Assembly: GCA_002633005.1 (NCBI GenBank)
Contig: NMRA01000773.1
Span: forward strand, 26,509 to 90,508
DNA: 64,000 nucleotides
Direction of reading: 5' to 3'
Origin: Phoronis australis
Taxonomy: Eukaryota; Animalia; Phoronida
Positions 26,053 through 39,961 of this stretch are shown piece by piece; the stretch's first letter is position 1; every line of letters starts with the position of its first letter. The position numbers were made by a program, and so were the translations under genes. Under the pieces are notes generated by a model. The model had not been told where the DNA came from. It did not search any database and was given only the letters and a program-made list of their open reading frames with translations.

Positions 26053-26761
26053 TACAGAAACTGACCGAATGCAGCCCCCCTAGCGGACAAGACCAAAATA
26101 TTTTACAGACACATTCTGTTCAAGTCACAATAATTAAAAAGCAAAACTTGCCGTTGAAATTACAAGTGATATTCTGTTGCACACGTACATACATCTGTAC
26201 AACCTGACAAATGCATTTTCTGGAGAGGATCATTGAATTTTGAGTGATTTCATCGTTTTTCGAATGCATCGAGGGGCGGTTGTTGCCTTGCAAACATCCG
26301 GTGACATCGCAAAAAAATTGAGGACGTGTAACCTGAACCATACTTTGCGTTTTAGGAGGTGAGATTTGATTTCATTGTCACTAGATAGCGCTTGCCTAGA
26401 GCGTCTTTCGCGCAGAAGACTGTAACATTGTTTGATGCATTTTGAGACTAGTATTTACTTCTGTAGTTTTCTATTATAGTTACTTAAACGTCAACACTCG
26501 ATGCTTAGCCATACTTCAAGTCGCATTTGGCGACCTGGTCAAAACCCCAGTTCTCGGTTTCATGAAACAGTCCAGAAATCGGGATTCAACAAAGTTCCTG
26601 ATATCATTTGCGTATTTGCGTAATACTTTGAACAATAAAATTTCCAAATAACATAACTAAAACAGAGCCCTTAATTCAATCAATTAGGGACTTAGTTCTT
26701 AAATTAGGGGCGTTACATGAATATATCCCTACTTATTTTTCAATAACAATAAGAATTCAAC

Positions 26762-27048
26762 GTACAATTAACCCTAGATTTGCCTTAGTAAAGAGACGTA
26801 CAGTTAACGCTAGATTTGCCTCCGTAGAGAAAAGTACAGTTAACGCTAGATTTGCCTCAGTAAAGAAAAGTACAGTTAACGATAGATTTGTCTCAGTAAA
26901 GAAAAGTACAATTAACGCTAGATTTGCCTTAGTAAAGAGACGCACAGTTAACGATAGATTTGCCTCATTAAAGAGACGTACAGTTAACACTAGATTTGCC
27001 TCAGTAAAGTGACGTACAGTTAACGCTAGGTTTGCCTCAGTAAAAAGA
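26762..27048. repeat. 36 bp minisatellite, 8 copies
   Basis: Unit GTACAGTTAACGCTAGATTTGCCTCAGTAAAGAGAC starts at 26762, 26798, 26834 ... 27014. Confidence 0.95.
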
Positions 27049-27247
27049 CTCAAACAGTGTAAGAAAGGACAACGAATGTTGTGAAAATCTCAAGAATGCG
27101 CAGGCAATTTACGGAACTTATACCTGAGTCCTTATTTGAACTGTTTCATTCAACCGGACACTGATCCCCAAACGAAATATTTAGTCGTAAAACAAAGAAG
27201 TCAACACTCGAAGCTTGAATGAACGCCCAGTCGCATTTGGCGACATG

Positions 27248-27495
27248 GGGCTCGTTCCAACGAAATTGACTTAGCTAAGACAAATCTTAAATTTTATTTA
27301 ATTTTAAAATACAAGTTAAATTTGTCTCAAAACCAATTCAAAAAACAGATCTTAAGTTCGACTTAAGTGTGTGACATAATTTTTGTCTTAATTTTGACTA
27401 ACTTACCGAATGTGGAAGTTTCAAAGTTTGGAATTTAAGACAAATATTAAACTTAAGTCAAAAATGAACTTAAGTAAGTTTCTTGGAACAGGCCC
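27248..27495. mobile_element. Harbinger-like MITE with CWG-type target
   Basis: TIR GGGCTCGTTCCAA / TTGGAACAGGCCC, flanks ATG / CTG. The paralogous empty site GTCGCATTTGGCGACCTGG is present at ~26520. Confidence 0.7.
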
Positions 27496-27740
27496 CTGGC
27501 CAATATCCTAGGTTTTCAAGCGAAATCTGAGGTCGCCAAACCAACTGAAAAATCTCTAGCGTCAAAATGAATTCAGAGCGTTTCCATCCGGTGTCAGAGT
27601 TCGTCGGTCGACAAAAGAGGTCGAACGCCAAGCAAAGTTTTGCACTCCTTCGATTCCTCCCGTAATGCCTAGTTGTACGGGTTCGTTATCTACCTCAAAT
27701 CCTCCCGCCGGCGTATGAAGATAAAAGGAAAACGGCCGCA

Positions 27741-28298
27741 CTGGCTGGTTCCCCATGTGCCTAGCCAGCGCGCAGGTTTCACGCGCTTTTGCATTGGTTG
27801 ATGTAACCTCAGCAGTTATTGGTTAGCTTTACAACACCGTAAAAATGGCGGACTGTGAACGATTTTTAGCCTTGTCATGCAAGTGGCGTCGCAGCAACTA
27901 TTTCGTTTCTGCTGTGATGTTTAATAGTCGCGTGCTTGAAGCAAATACAGATATCTGGCCGATTTATATGACCGGTGTGTTATTCATACTATATGAACAC
28001 AGGACTGTATCGTAAACAAAAGTCATCGACAGTAGAAAGATGCACTCCGAAGTGGCGCAACCACAATTTCTAGGATTCACATTTCCTGAACATAAATTTT
28101 AATCACCTATTTGTCTGTACAACAGACCACATTTACACTTCTGTCCATCAGTCATGCCAGTTTGTTTGCGTAAAGCGCTGCCTGTTGAGAATTCGAGTAG
28201 CCAATCAGAAACGCCGGTGTAAAAAATTCTCGAGGAAAATTAAGTGATACCTGAGTGCTGGCTACCGACCACCTAGGGGCACGCAAGGAACCAGCGAG
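27741..28298 (+). mobile_element. CTCGCTGGTTCC TIR family, copy 2
   Basis: TIRs as in copy 1. 9 bp flanks ACGGCCGCA / ACGGCTGCA. Confidence 0.85.
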
Positions 28299-31200
28299 AC
28301 GGCTGCATCGACTGATGGCCCGAATTTCGCCGACGTTACCCGATTTTTGACGAACAATTCCGACTTGTTTGTGTTTACTAACTTGTTGCAATCCAAACGT
28401 GGTGGCAATTGCTCTGATTTCACGAAATGAACGGAGCAATTGTGAATAAAAGGTAATAAATTGAGGAAAAGTGTAATCAATTTAAAGTTTGGAAGTTAGC
28501 ACGAACTTTGAAACGAAGGGAATTAGTGTCTGACTTAGATACTCGAAATTACGACATCGTGGCGACTTGTATTTTTCCCATGACGGCAAACACAATCTGA
28601 GGTTCCAGTGGCGACCTGCACTCAAAAAGCAATAGTCCTGTGCTTTCAATTCTGGTGCACGTCATTGACAAGTGCTGTTTTCCGTCATATTTATTACACG
28701 CCATCAAGTTATCTGTCGTTCCGCTCAATGTTTTTTGGGGGGTCACGGTTGAATTGACTTCCCGTAATTTCACTGAAGTATAGTGCATACTGGATTGAGC
28801 CTTTTAATTTTGTGCTGCATTTGAAGGCAACTACATTTTCTTGATTTTTGAGTCTGTTCTGACTCCTTGACCCACTTTTTGCTCATCCCTGTTTCTTAAA
28901 TCTTTACTGTTTGGAAGGGAATAGTTGAAAGTTAGCAGGACATCTGGTTACCTTGAGATACTTCGGATTTGTAAAATCATGGGTTAGTCGACGCCCGATT
29001 TTCCCCTGATTTATTAAATCTGGAAAGTTTTGGCAATCTGGAGACACTGCCTCTCAATTCGTAGTGGTGAATGGTAGCGTTGAGATGAAACTACAGGTTT
29101 GGTGTATTTCTATTCGTTTTCTAAACTGATTTTGGATTCAGATTCAACGGATTTTCGAAATATTTGGCCCACTATACTCTTCAGATTTTCATGTTTTGCG
29201 CACCCGATGGAACAAGCGTCGGAGCTGCCAAGATTTGGTTTTTCAAGCCCAAACTCAGCCCGCAACAACCGTCAACACGATGTACATGTATTTGAAAAAC
29301 GGCAGAATTGCCCTAGACGGAAGTTTAAAATTGATTTTTAAATAAACTTAAATGTGTCTTGAACTGAGGTGCTACTTGTATCTTGAGTAGGATCCAACTA
29401 ACCTCCGTCCTATGACGTCATCTCAGATTATTGTCTTTGATAGTAAAAACTAATCTATTTAATAACGTGATCTTGACAAATATTTTAGAACACAGGTGGA
29501 ATAGATCATTACTTATACAATTTGGCGGTCTGTGATATTGAGTCTGCGGTTGAATTAAAAAAAAAAAGTTTTTTCCTTTGATTCCTTCATTGTCCTGTGT
29601 TAGAGTATGTGTATTTGCATAAACCATAACCGCCAATATATACCATCAAATGATGGCAATGGTTACGGATATTAATTGCCTTGACATGTTTTGAGTGTCT
29701 TCAAAGGATTTTCCACTCACCTATGAATCATCATGATGGAGATTGGAAAAAACTGATATCATTCTGAGAAACAGCAAAATGCGCCGACGTTCACGGCATA
29801 CATTGCTGCCTTCGGCACATATTGCCACCTGTGTAGAGTGCGACAATATACACTGTATGCTGTCACATTGTGATGGCGCATATTGTAGCTCCCTAAAAGC
29901 ATCTACCCTTAGCGAAATTGCGTAGCTGTGTACATATCGTCCTACGCAAAACTCTGTGAAGGCATGGGTGAATCTAAACTTTGGCAACCCGCAAGGCGGG
30001 GGAGACTCTAGATATTTTACCTGCAATATGTAATTTGCCCATCGACAATTGTCTATAATCGAAAACCCTTTGAAAACCAACACCAGGGAATGAAGACAAA
30101 TCGACTCCCGTATGTGCGTATTTACGCCCATGCGCCTATGAGCATCCGAAACTATGCGTTTTTTCGAAACTTTACTCAGGTGCTTGGCATATAACAGTAT
30201 GTGCCTGGTCGCTTTAAGACGCATCTGTGAATTCCTTGTACAGGCGTTTGCCTAACCCGTTGGTTTTTGGGAAGGAAAGCAAGTTATAAACTTTTAAGGT
30301 CAAATAAGTGATTACATCAAAAGCATTCCGAGCACAAAAGCACGTACATGCATTACAATTTCACAAATACTCAAGTCAAGTTCAAAATAGCATCAGAATA
30401 CCAACTACAAATTGATAACTAACTCTAGACGTTTATAACGTTTATAAATATGTAAATCTTGAATAGACGTTGAAAAATCTCAAAATTTAAAAATGTGGTC
30501 CGCGCACCACCAGCTGGCCGTATCGTTAGGTTATGTGATGTAGCCAACAAATGGCGTCCAAAAGAGACAAATATGTTGTATTTTACTTTAAAAACATATA
30601 GACTGCAGCGTCCCTTTCATGATTCTCTCTGTATTAATTTAGATAAAATTTAAGGACAAAATGCCGTAGTCCTGTTTGATGAAATTCCCAAGACTAAAAC
30701 TAAAACTAAGGCCGAAATGGGTATAAACTAAGCCCGGACCAAAATTTTAAGACTACTATCACTGTGAACTATTGAGGAATAAATTTAGTTGATATTTTCT
30801 CAATCTAATGTCGCTAAACATGCCCAAGTAGACGGTCATACGACGACGCCTTTTCTGGGAACACCGATAACACAGAAACAATGTAACGTAGACCCGCATG
30901 GGTGGGTTTCTCTGTATCCAGATCAAAGATTAGGATGCATTTCGGTGAATCACATAAAAGCAATTCGACCTGATTTGAATTTAAACTTTCTTGTTTATCA
31001 AACTCAGGTCCAGCATCTTTAAACTAGCGTCAACATGGTCACTTTGGGCCGCTCTTATAAAACTGTTTTCTGTTGCTTCGTGGTAAAAAGTTTCATTGGT
31101 TCATGACCACGCGCAATCAAATTACAGCGAAAACACAATCGAAATCAACGCCTTTTTCATCAATAAAGCTGTTCCCACCTTCGATGTGCAATGCATGTAT

Positions 31201-33887
31201 GTTAGTACCTGGGACTTATTCAAATCATCATTGACAAAATCAATTGAACTCTCGCAAAATAAGTTATATACTTCTAATCCTGATATCTAAAGCATTATTT
31301 GGATTTGGAATTACGTTAACTACATAAAACACCACAAAAATCCTGCTCCGTGAACATCAAGTACCTACAAACAATGTGCTTTCTAATATCAATGCACCTA
31401 ACGTATATACACGAATTTAGACCCAAGTGTCTGACTGTGAAGCCGTGACTATATCCATGTACCTACTGTACATGTAGGCGCGAAGTACCTTAATAAACAT
31501 GATTTTTTACATTGAATCTTATGAAGCTTGATTGATTTGTTTATTTGGTACATTTTATCGTGTTTTCAATTAAACAGTAGTCACTTACTGTAATTATAAG
31601 CTCCCGTGTACCAGCTGCGTTCTACGCCGTTAGACCGCAAAAGGTAGGCAATCGAAACGGGCCTTAATGACAACAGGTGTCAGTGAACAATTCTCACTGG
31701 GTCTTGCTGGGCACTGTGCACATCGTTGGACTTGCCGCCTTTCTTCGACTCAGTTGCAACTCTATAATAAAACGAAAAATTATGAGTCATTTCACTTCAA
31801 AACGCTACACATGACCATGCGTTAGGTATTTTAGGTATTCCCGTTAGGGGACAGTTTTGAGTTTTATGGGGGTTCTAGTTGGTCGCCGATGGTGAGCAGA
31901 TGTGTGTCATGATTTATCTGAACACTGAGGCTGGACTTCATGTTTTCTTCATACTTTCTAAATAATGAACGTTATTTGTTTATGTGGTGAGCCTTTGCTA
32001 CGGTGCGAACAGCAGCGTCAGTGTATGGAACTTGACTGCATTATTTTGGTGAACTTATGGAGTCAATGGAACACGTGACGACGCCTTGGTGATGAAGACT
32101 GAAGATGCCGCAAGTTTCAAGTTTTGGACTGTTGGTGCTGACGTTCGACCATGTCTTCGTCCCAAGTTTCGCGTAACTCGTGCATTATGAAATCGCATAA
32201 AAAACACGGATGACCCCACCACCACTTGCCAGGCAAACACCCCTGGAGAAACAGTTTTCCATTCTCTGAAATTTTTCTTCATGACTTTAAAAAACCTGGA
32301 CAAGCCTTCGCTGAACTGTACTGTAAATCCGTGTAATAGAAGTTATCTTGCACTTGTTCAAACTACATGTATGTATGGATAACAGCACATTTTCAAGTGC
32401 TGAACGAAGACGACCCATTAAGAGCTGAAGACCCATATACGACAGCGTGCTGACCTGATCCTCCAGCACTGGTAATTTACAAAACAATGTTCGCCAAATT
32501 TCTCTCTTTTCTAGATGTTTTGCCCCTGCCCCCCGTCCTTCGCATGTGCAGGCCGCCACTAAGGTTTCATCCTAACGCCTGCCAGTTATTGGGATGAGGC
32601 ACCTACCCTCCCCGTTCCGCAGCTTCATACGTACATGCACCTGTTTAGTATGGTGCACCGACTCCACCCCATCGCTTGTAACACCTATGCGATTTTACTC
32701 AATCAAACTGAGTAGTACAGTATGGTTTTCCTAATATTTTCCACTAATTTTTGTGTGTCTAGAAGACTTAAGCGCACATTCAAAGCAATGCTTTTAATTT
32801 TCATAAGTTGTTTGGTCTGGAATCAATTGCTTCACCACAGTGCTGAATTTGGGATTGTACTAATAGCTTCTGTCGACAAGGTTTGCCCCCGTTTCGACAT
32901 GAATTTGGAAAAAACCGTCTTTATAACTGTCATTTCCCCTCGGGTCGTCACACCGTGAGAATCCCAAAGGGTGGCTTTACTTCTAAAAGAATCGGGATTT
33001 AAATGTACTCAAATAAGTACAACAAGCGACGTCACTAATATGAATCCGCGGGGGTTTGAACAAATAGTTGAATTCAAAACTATTGCTAAACAATGGACAG
33101 AAGACGGATTTGTAACTCCAATCTTAAAAACTGTGACCTCCGTCAGAAGCTTAACCGTAACCCAACGCCATCTAAATATCAGGCCACGTGTGGACACATT
33201 GGCACGCTCATGTATCTAACAGTCGAAGCCCAAGGTTTGCATCTGCACTTGTATGTGGGCAGTGAATGTGAACTGTCCCTGTAACCCTCGGAGTGAGTGA
33301 ACTCTACGCAACTGCCTGTCAAAAGCGAGCCCATTTGGATTAAACTTCAGGTGTATGTAGGACCTTATCGACAAGTCTGTGCACTCGGCCAGGTATCTAC
33401 AACACTAGAGTATAACTTAAGACAATTACAGACATTTTATGAAAACATAAATCCTGTAGAATTTAAATTTGACTGCATACTGATCTGCCGTTGATTGGGT
33501 CACTGCATTTGACATGTTGCTTGAAAGTTACAAATGTAGCAAAACAGCGCTAAATGACAAACATTCGTTTGTTACAAATATTCAAGATGGAATCTGAAGA
33601 CGTTGTTCTAAAATCGACGCACAGTATACATGTACTAGTCTAGACGCATTTCTTGGAAAGAGCCCTGTATAAGGTTCTAGAAGCATTTTTTAGTAAAAGT
33701 TGGGAACAAGACTTTTTCACACAATCAGGGTATGGCGAATTCAACTAACCCTGTTCCCAAGCCGAATTTTGCATTTTTGACCATCTAATTTGCATAAACA
33801 AAATGGCGGCCAAATTGTCAACTTCAGATGTATTTTTGTAATAGAAATCACCATATACCATTTAAAATGGTGAAATGTCTCACCTGT

Positions 33888-34503
33888 NNNNNNNNNNNNN
33901 NNNNNNNNNNNNNNNNNNNNNNNNNNNNNNNNNNNNNNNNNNNNNNNNNNNNNNNNNNNNNNNNNNNNNNNNNNNNNNNNNNNNNNNNNNNNNNNNNNNN
34001 NNNNNNNNNNNNNNNNNNNNNNNNNNNNNNNNNNNNNNNNNNNNNNNNNNNNNNNNNNNNNNNNNNNNNNNNNNNNNNNNNNNNNNNNNNNNNNNNNNNN
34101 NNNNNNNNNNNNNNNNNNNNNNNNNNNNNNNNNNNNNNNNNNNNNNNNNNNNNNNNNNNNNNNNNNNNNNNNNNNNNNNNNNNNNNNNNNNNNNNNNNNN
34201 NNNNNNNNNNNNNNNNNNNNNNNNNNNNNNNNNNNNNNNNNNNNNNNNNNNNNNNNNNNNNNNNNNNNNNNNNNNNNNNNNNNNNNNNNNNNNNNNNNNN
34301 NNNNNNNNNNNNNNNNNNNNNNNNNNNNNNNNNNNNNNNNNNNNNNNNNNNNNNNNNNNNNNNNNNNNNNNNNNNNNNNNNNNNNNNNNNNNNNNNNNNN
34401 NNNNNNNNNNNNNNNNNNNNNNNNNNNNNNNNNNNNNNNNNNNNNNNNNNNNNNNNNNNNNNNNNNNNNNNNNNNNNNNNNNNNNNNNNNNNNNNNNNNN
34501 NNN
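33888..34503. other. Assembly gap (N run)
   Basis: Run of N. Confidence 0.99.
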
Positions 34504-35990
34504 CGGGCGTGCCATGAAGTTGAATTGTTTTAGGACAGTCGATGTGTTAACTACTAATACTTCGGCAAGTGAAGATTTATCTCCAGTGCGCAATGTGCCA
34601 CTCGTTTCTGTAAGAAAACATGGACTGGAAGAAGCTCGCGTTTGAGCACAGACGGCAAATCAACTGGCCGACCCGCCATATAAGCCGTAGCTAGGCAGCG
34701 AAGTATATCTCTCTCTGCCTTAAGAACTATTTTCTTGTCTTTGTCTTTGTCTTTGGTTTGTTTCACCACATCATATAAGTTGGCAAGTGTTGGGGCATTA
34801 TTTTTGTGCATAGGCGCGTGAATTGACATGTCTGAATTATCGCATTGCTCAGTGATAATCGGTCTCGAACAAATTTCTTAATTTGTTCGTGTCCAAGTTC
34901 CTTGGCATGTAAAAGTGACTCTTGGATTAGTGCTGTTACTAGGTCTTTTGGTGCAAGGTTTTGTGGCAGCTAAGGCCTTGCGGACGAGAAGACCTTCAAT
35001 GCATATAGAATGCGTAAAGAAGGGAACTCTAGAAAGTTGCCTCGTGGCTTTGTTATGAAACTATGTATTCCCACAGCAGTAAGTTTGTTCAGCTATATGA
35101 GATTTCAGATTAAATGAGAGTGTCCACCTCTATAGAGCTGACGAGGTTTTGGTATTACCGATGATACCACCTCCTTTTTGCCTGCCCTATTTACCCACTG
35201 GTCAGAATCTACCTGACAGAGCATATGAGGAGATCACTTGAGTACAAAATTTCCTGTTTGAAACTCTGACCAAACAGACTGAGGAAGCAGATGCATCTCG
35301 GCTAAAAAGACCGCATCCCACTCAAGCATAATTCGGTGGGGCAGCACGAGAGTAAATGAATAGAGATGCAGTTCCAAAATACCATCCCGTTGAGAGCATG
35401 TACTTTTATGTTGGAACCATGTACATGTAACTCCACCAGAAGCTGAAATTCACATCATCAGAACTACTGTTGACAAAATGCCCAGGAGTTTCTTGAACTT
35501 ATCATAATTGAGAAATGTTAAAACTCCGGAATTTTCTGTGGATCATCATCTGCAGACATACTGGTAATACAAGCATGACAGTCGCTTCGGCAATAAACGA
35601 GAGAACGCTTGGCACATGCAGGAGATGCCACTGAGCTTGCAAAGACAGTTTGTGTGCCCTCATACTGTAGCTTTGCTGTACGACTTTCCACTGAGGAGCA
35701 GTTCCATAGGTCTTGACCAAGTACTGCATTTTCTATACACACCTCAGCTTTTCCGGAATCAGTCATGTGATCTTCTATGGCCTTGATACAGTTCACTGAT
35801 ACGTGAAGAACCACTAAACGATGTACTGTATTAACATATTTTGGTATTCTGGGACCGACCACGTAAGCTCCACTACTCTGCAGCAGAGTGCTTGGTCGAC
35901 TGTGAGGACGGCATGTTCCTGTCCAAAATGGGACGATATGGCCATGCATCTCTTTACAACAGTATTTAAAAGTCACGTTGTTATGTTTAC
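34504..35990 (-). pseudogene. Academ transposase remnant
   Basis: Fragments in shifting frames: LHVSVNCIKAIEDHMTDSGKAEVCIENAVLG, WSYMYMV, WELHL, GGII, RPVDLPSVLKRELLPV, LRTGDKSSLA. These resemble conserved Academ transposase blocks as I recall them. Confidence 0.7.
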
Positions 35991-38900
35991 AATACTTTCA
36001 TGTCTTATCTAAAAAATTGAATGTTCGTAAAAGGCATTGAAAATTATGATTTCTAATTTAATTCTCAAACTTTATTAATGACAATTTGTAACTTAGTGAA
36101 GATGAAATAAAAAGTTTCACATGTGTCATAATGATTTTTCTAGACCTTCAAAACATACGTATAGACACCTTATTTGTCATGTTTGCCTGCAAATTGATAA
36201 AGTTACACCGAAATTTGAATTTTTTGGTAATGGCGGAAGCTAATTAGCATAATTGGGGAATTTAATGACGTTCATTAATATGCTCTTAAATTTAAGTGAT
36301 CTAAACAAACTTATAGCAAAAATTTCCTAATTATTCGTCACATATCTTACTCCTGGTCTTACGAATGTTTCTTATCTTGTTGGTTTGGCGGCCATTTTGT
36401 TTATGCAAATTAGATGGTCAAAAACTCAAAATCCAGCTTGGGAACAGGCATAATCGAAATCAGCACACCATAATTATGCTAAAAAGATAGGTTCTCCACT
36501 TTTACTAAAAAATGCCTCTAACATGCACATTTTCCAGAAATGCGTCTAGACTATACATGTTTGGGGCACTTCGCGCCGCGGATAAGATTCAATGAAAAAT
36601 GTTTGAATTCAGCGCGTTAAGGTTTAAAAGCCTATCACTCTCATTTGATCCTGAATTGAAGTTGAATCAGCTGGTAATATAAGTTACAGGCAGCTCGTAC
36701 AGGCGCCATTTTTTAATGTTAGGGATGGCCAACCCCACTAGCTCGGAAATATTTTTCTAGCCGATGATTGTTTCGATGTTCTTGTTGGTAACCGGAACCA
36801 AGTAATATCACGGTAAGGAAAATGAACTGACGTGACTTGGAGTTCATTTTTCGTTTTTTGGCACCTAAAAAACAGGGGAATGCAATTTTGTTTAAAGGTC
36901 TAAAACTCGATTATTTTTCACAAATTCAACATTTTTGAGTTTTTGGCATTGCATTAGGTTTCATCCTTGACTAAAATGGTGATTGAGATCTGTATCCCTT
37001 GTGATACCGTTTCCATAGTTACGGGTCTTTGAGTGCAGGTCAACAATGCACGTGACGCAAACGGGGAGTCGGCACAATTAAGCATAACAATTGGTGCAGG
37101 AGGAAATGTTAATTAACTAACCGAGTCACTCAATTTTCACTTGTCAAGTATGAAGCAAGTTGGACGTCCTCTCGAACACTCGTTTGTGCAAAGAAATGTA
37201 ATATAAACATGTTCAAATGCCTTTAACAAAATGAAATTAACGGAGCTGAGCTATGAGGCACAATAATATAAGGTTTAACCTAACTACATTATCGTCGGCC
37301 GACGCCACTTTCAATTAGTTTGATATTTTACACAAGAGATCCTGTACTTATGAGAACATTGACGTCGGTAAAGTGGCTAATTTGAGACACGGTTACAGTA
37401 CGTGCACGTCAAAGTTGTTTGCTAATTGGTGTTGAGCTATTGTTTGAGCACATGCACATCATGGAAGGTATCGACGCGCTCGTGCTTCAACGAACATTGC
37501 ATTGAAATGACGAGTTCAACAGATTACCAGAACGAGACGATTGACGCACTCATTAATATAGCCAAGCACCCAATAAGGGTACGTAGGAGCTTATTGACAT
37601 GTCTGTGCATTTAGCAATGTATCCTGAAAGCTACAATTTTTAACTCAGTGAAAGTATATATTTTACTAAATAACTAAGCCGGCAAAGCTTAATATTTGAA
37701 TTTTTACCAATCTGTTATCAACTGCGTCGCGTGACCACGCCTTTTACGTAAATTTATCAAAAACACATGGGAAGCAAAACAAGGGAATCACTGGCGTGAT
37801 CAAAGTTTATTTGATATAAATATTCAAGGTAAGATGTCACAAACGCCGATTCCCACTAGAATGTGTTTGAATTGGTGAAAAGTTTCAGAACATTACATGA
37901 GTCTATCAATATCCAAGCACGGGCTTGTGACAAATAGTTGAAAGTCCGTTAAAGTTAGTTACAGGTGACTTACACTTGAGTTGCACTGAAGAAAGTCGGC
38001 AGTTAAGCGACAGTCAATGGAGACCAAGCTATAGAGACAGCAAGTTATTGAATCACCGAGTGTAGCAGTCGCCGAATGTTCATCACAAGTGAAGGATTCG
38101 CAGCACTAGCTGGAACATAAAACAGACATTACGTCTGACGTTTTGTTCGAGTAGGCTTATGCACGTACGGCCGAGATTAATTAAATTATTAACTCGAACC
38201 AGTCTTTAGTCTCTCGTCGCACCGAAAGCTTTTAGCACCAGTCTGTAACAACCTGTGCCCACTCATACACGGGGAAAATGTGACAGATTGGTTGCGACCG
38301 CGAAACTCCAGATTTGAAAGTGTACTTAGTCTGTTCTCAGAAAATCACGAGTCGCTGGTAATGCCATAAGGTGCTATAGTTCTATGACCGAGAAGGTTAT
38401 GGTTTGCGTTCATGATTGTCTAAACCTAATTTCCACTTGATGACCGCAGCGAGCAATCTATAATGTCGAGGCTGAACTGAAATTTCGAATTTTTACTCGA
38501 AATCTCGAGGTTTTACTCGAGTTTGTAGCTCAAATCTAGGGATCATTAAGTGCGCACTAAGACAAGAACTTTATTTGCGTAAATCATATAATGTACTGGC
38601 GTACAGGAAGATAGCAGACTCGCTCCCAGGATCAACATGGCGCTGATTGGTTTTTGCCAAACCGATCAGCGCTATCTTGAGGCTTGGGAACGACCCTGAG
38701 ACCGAAAGATAGCCACAGGCATATAACGCAGAACGAAAAATGCCCAACTTAATCTTGACATCGATTTCCGATGCACCGATTTGACCCCAGGCCTTGGTCA
38801 GAGTTAACGGAGCACGCCACTCAAAAAACAACCTAATTTGTATCAACTTAGATCGAGTAGTTCTACTCCATAACGGCACGTTCGGTTGCGTTACCTGACA

Positions 38901-39961
38901 CCTGACGGCAGACGGAGGTGTTGAAATTATCAATGACGAAATTTGTTTCACCCGCAGTCTGTTCAGCAGATCATAACACGGGCTACTGTTGTCAGCTTAT
39001 CGCTTGAATTCATCGTTTAACAACAATCAATCATCAAACTTCGATGTAAAACTCTTAAAAATACACCCAGTTCTTATAAAAATGTGGTGTTTTATTTCGC
39101 TGTAACGGATTTATTGGTATTTGGACACACCCGTAGCCTCCAAAATTCGGCAGGCCAATAAGGTCGTAGCAGGAGTTTGGGGTCTGTTCGGAGACAAATT
39201 CGAAGTATTTTCCGTGAGATACAGACAGGAGAACCCAGACCTGTGTTATTTAGACTTGTGATTTTTTTAGTTCTACACACACAAAACGCTTGTTATCCTG
39301 GCCAGTGGCTCGGAGCCCCATCAGGCCCGTCGCGGCCGGCCGGATTGACTCTTTATCCCGGCCAGTGGCTCGGAAAATGATCAGACATCATGAATATGAA
39401 CCAGCCAAAGTTGGAAACTAAAATTCAATTCAAGAAAATACTATACTAGTGAGCCAAAGTAATGCGCACGTGATTATTTTGGTGAATTACCCACGAAACT
39501 ACGGCAAATCTACTCGTCGGGAGCCGCGAAGTTGTACATTGACAATCATTATTTTAATAATGTAAATGCAAATAAAGTCTCCCCTAACACCAGGCCGGGG
39601 GTTGGAAATCAACTGAGTTGTTTCACAACAGTTTCTGCCAGCAAACAATAAATTAGCATGAGCTCACACGGCCTCGGTGTCCCGTCAACTAGTTTTATTG
39701 CACCTAAAGCCGGTAACGCAGTGATTTATTCATTGCTGGGTTCTCAAATCATTTGCACTCACGAACACTCTAAAGGCATTACAAATTGCATCTAATGAGG
39801 CAGACTTTGTTTCAGATTTATATAAGTATTGGTTAGGGTGAGAATAATTCCTTTTGAAACAGAAAGCTCAGTAATAAACATCAACATGGCAACTCGCAAT
39901 CCCGACTTAGACGAGAGCTCATCAGTCGACCCCTACGAAGACTTCGCAGGTGGATCGTTAA

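Larger units (their letters stand above)
33636..36553 (-). mobile_element. Academ DNA transposon (decayed, contains the gap)
   Basis: TAG-starting TIR TAGTCTAGACGCATTTC, ~175 bp imperfect arms (33636-33815 / 36383-36553), 3 bp TSD TAC. Confidence 0.85.

Noticed and set aside
26757-27053. 98 aa ORF with FTEANLALTVR repeats
   Set aside because: Translation of a 36 bp minisatellite. No splice context or unique flanks.
28560-28720. PHD-finger-like fragment (LMACNK...QH...C...FEC) on the minus strand
   Set aside because: Too few conserved Cys/His positions and no supporting context.
29721-30224. 167 aa ORF, the longest not attributable to a transposon or gap
   Set aside because: No recognisable domain, and its composition resembles random translation. 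A BLASTP hit would change this.
33828-34645. Long ORFs (229-256 aa) in the ORF track
   Set aside because: Artefacts of translating through the N gap.
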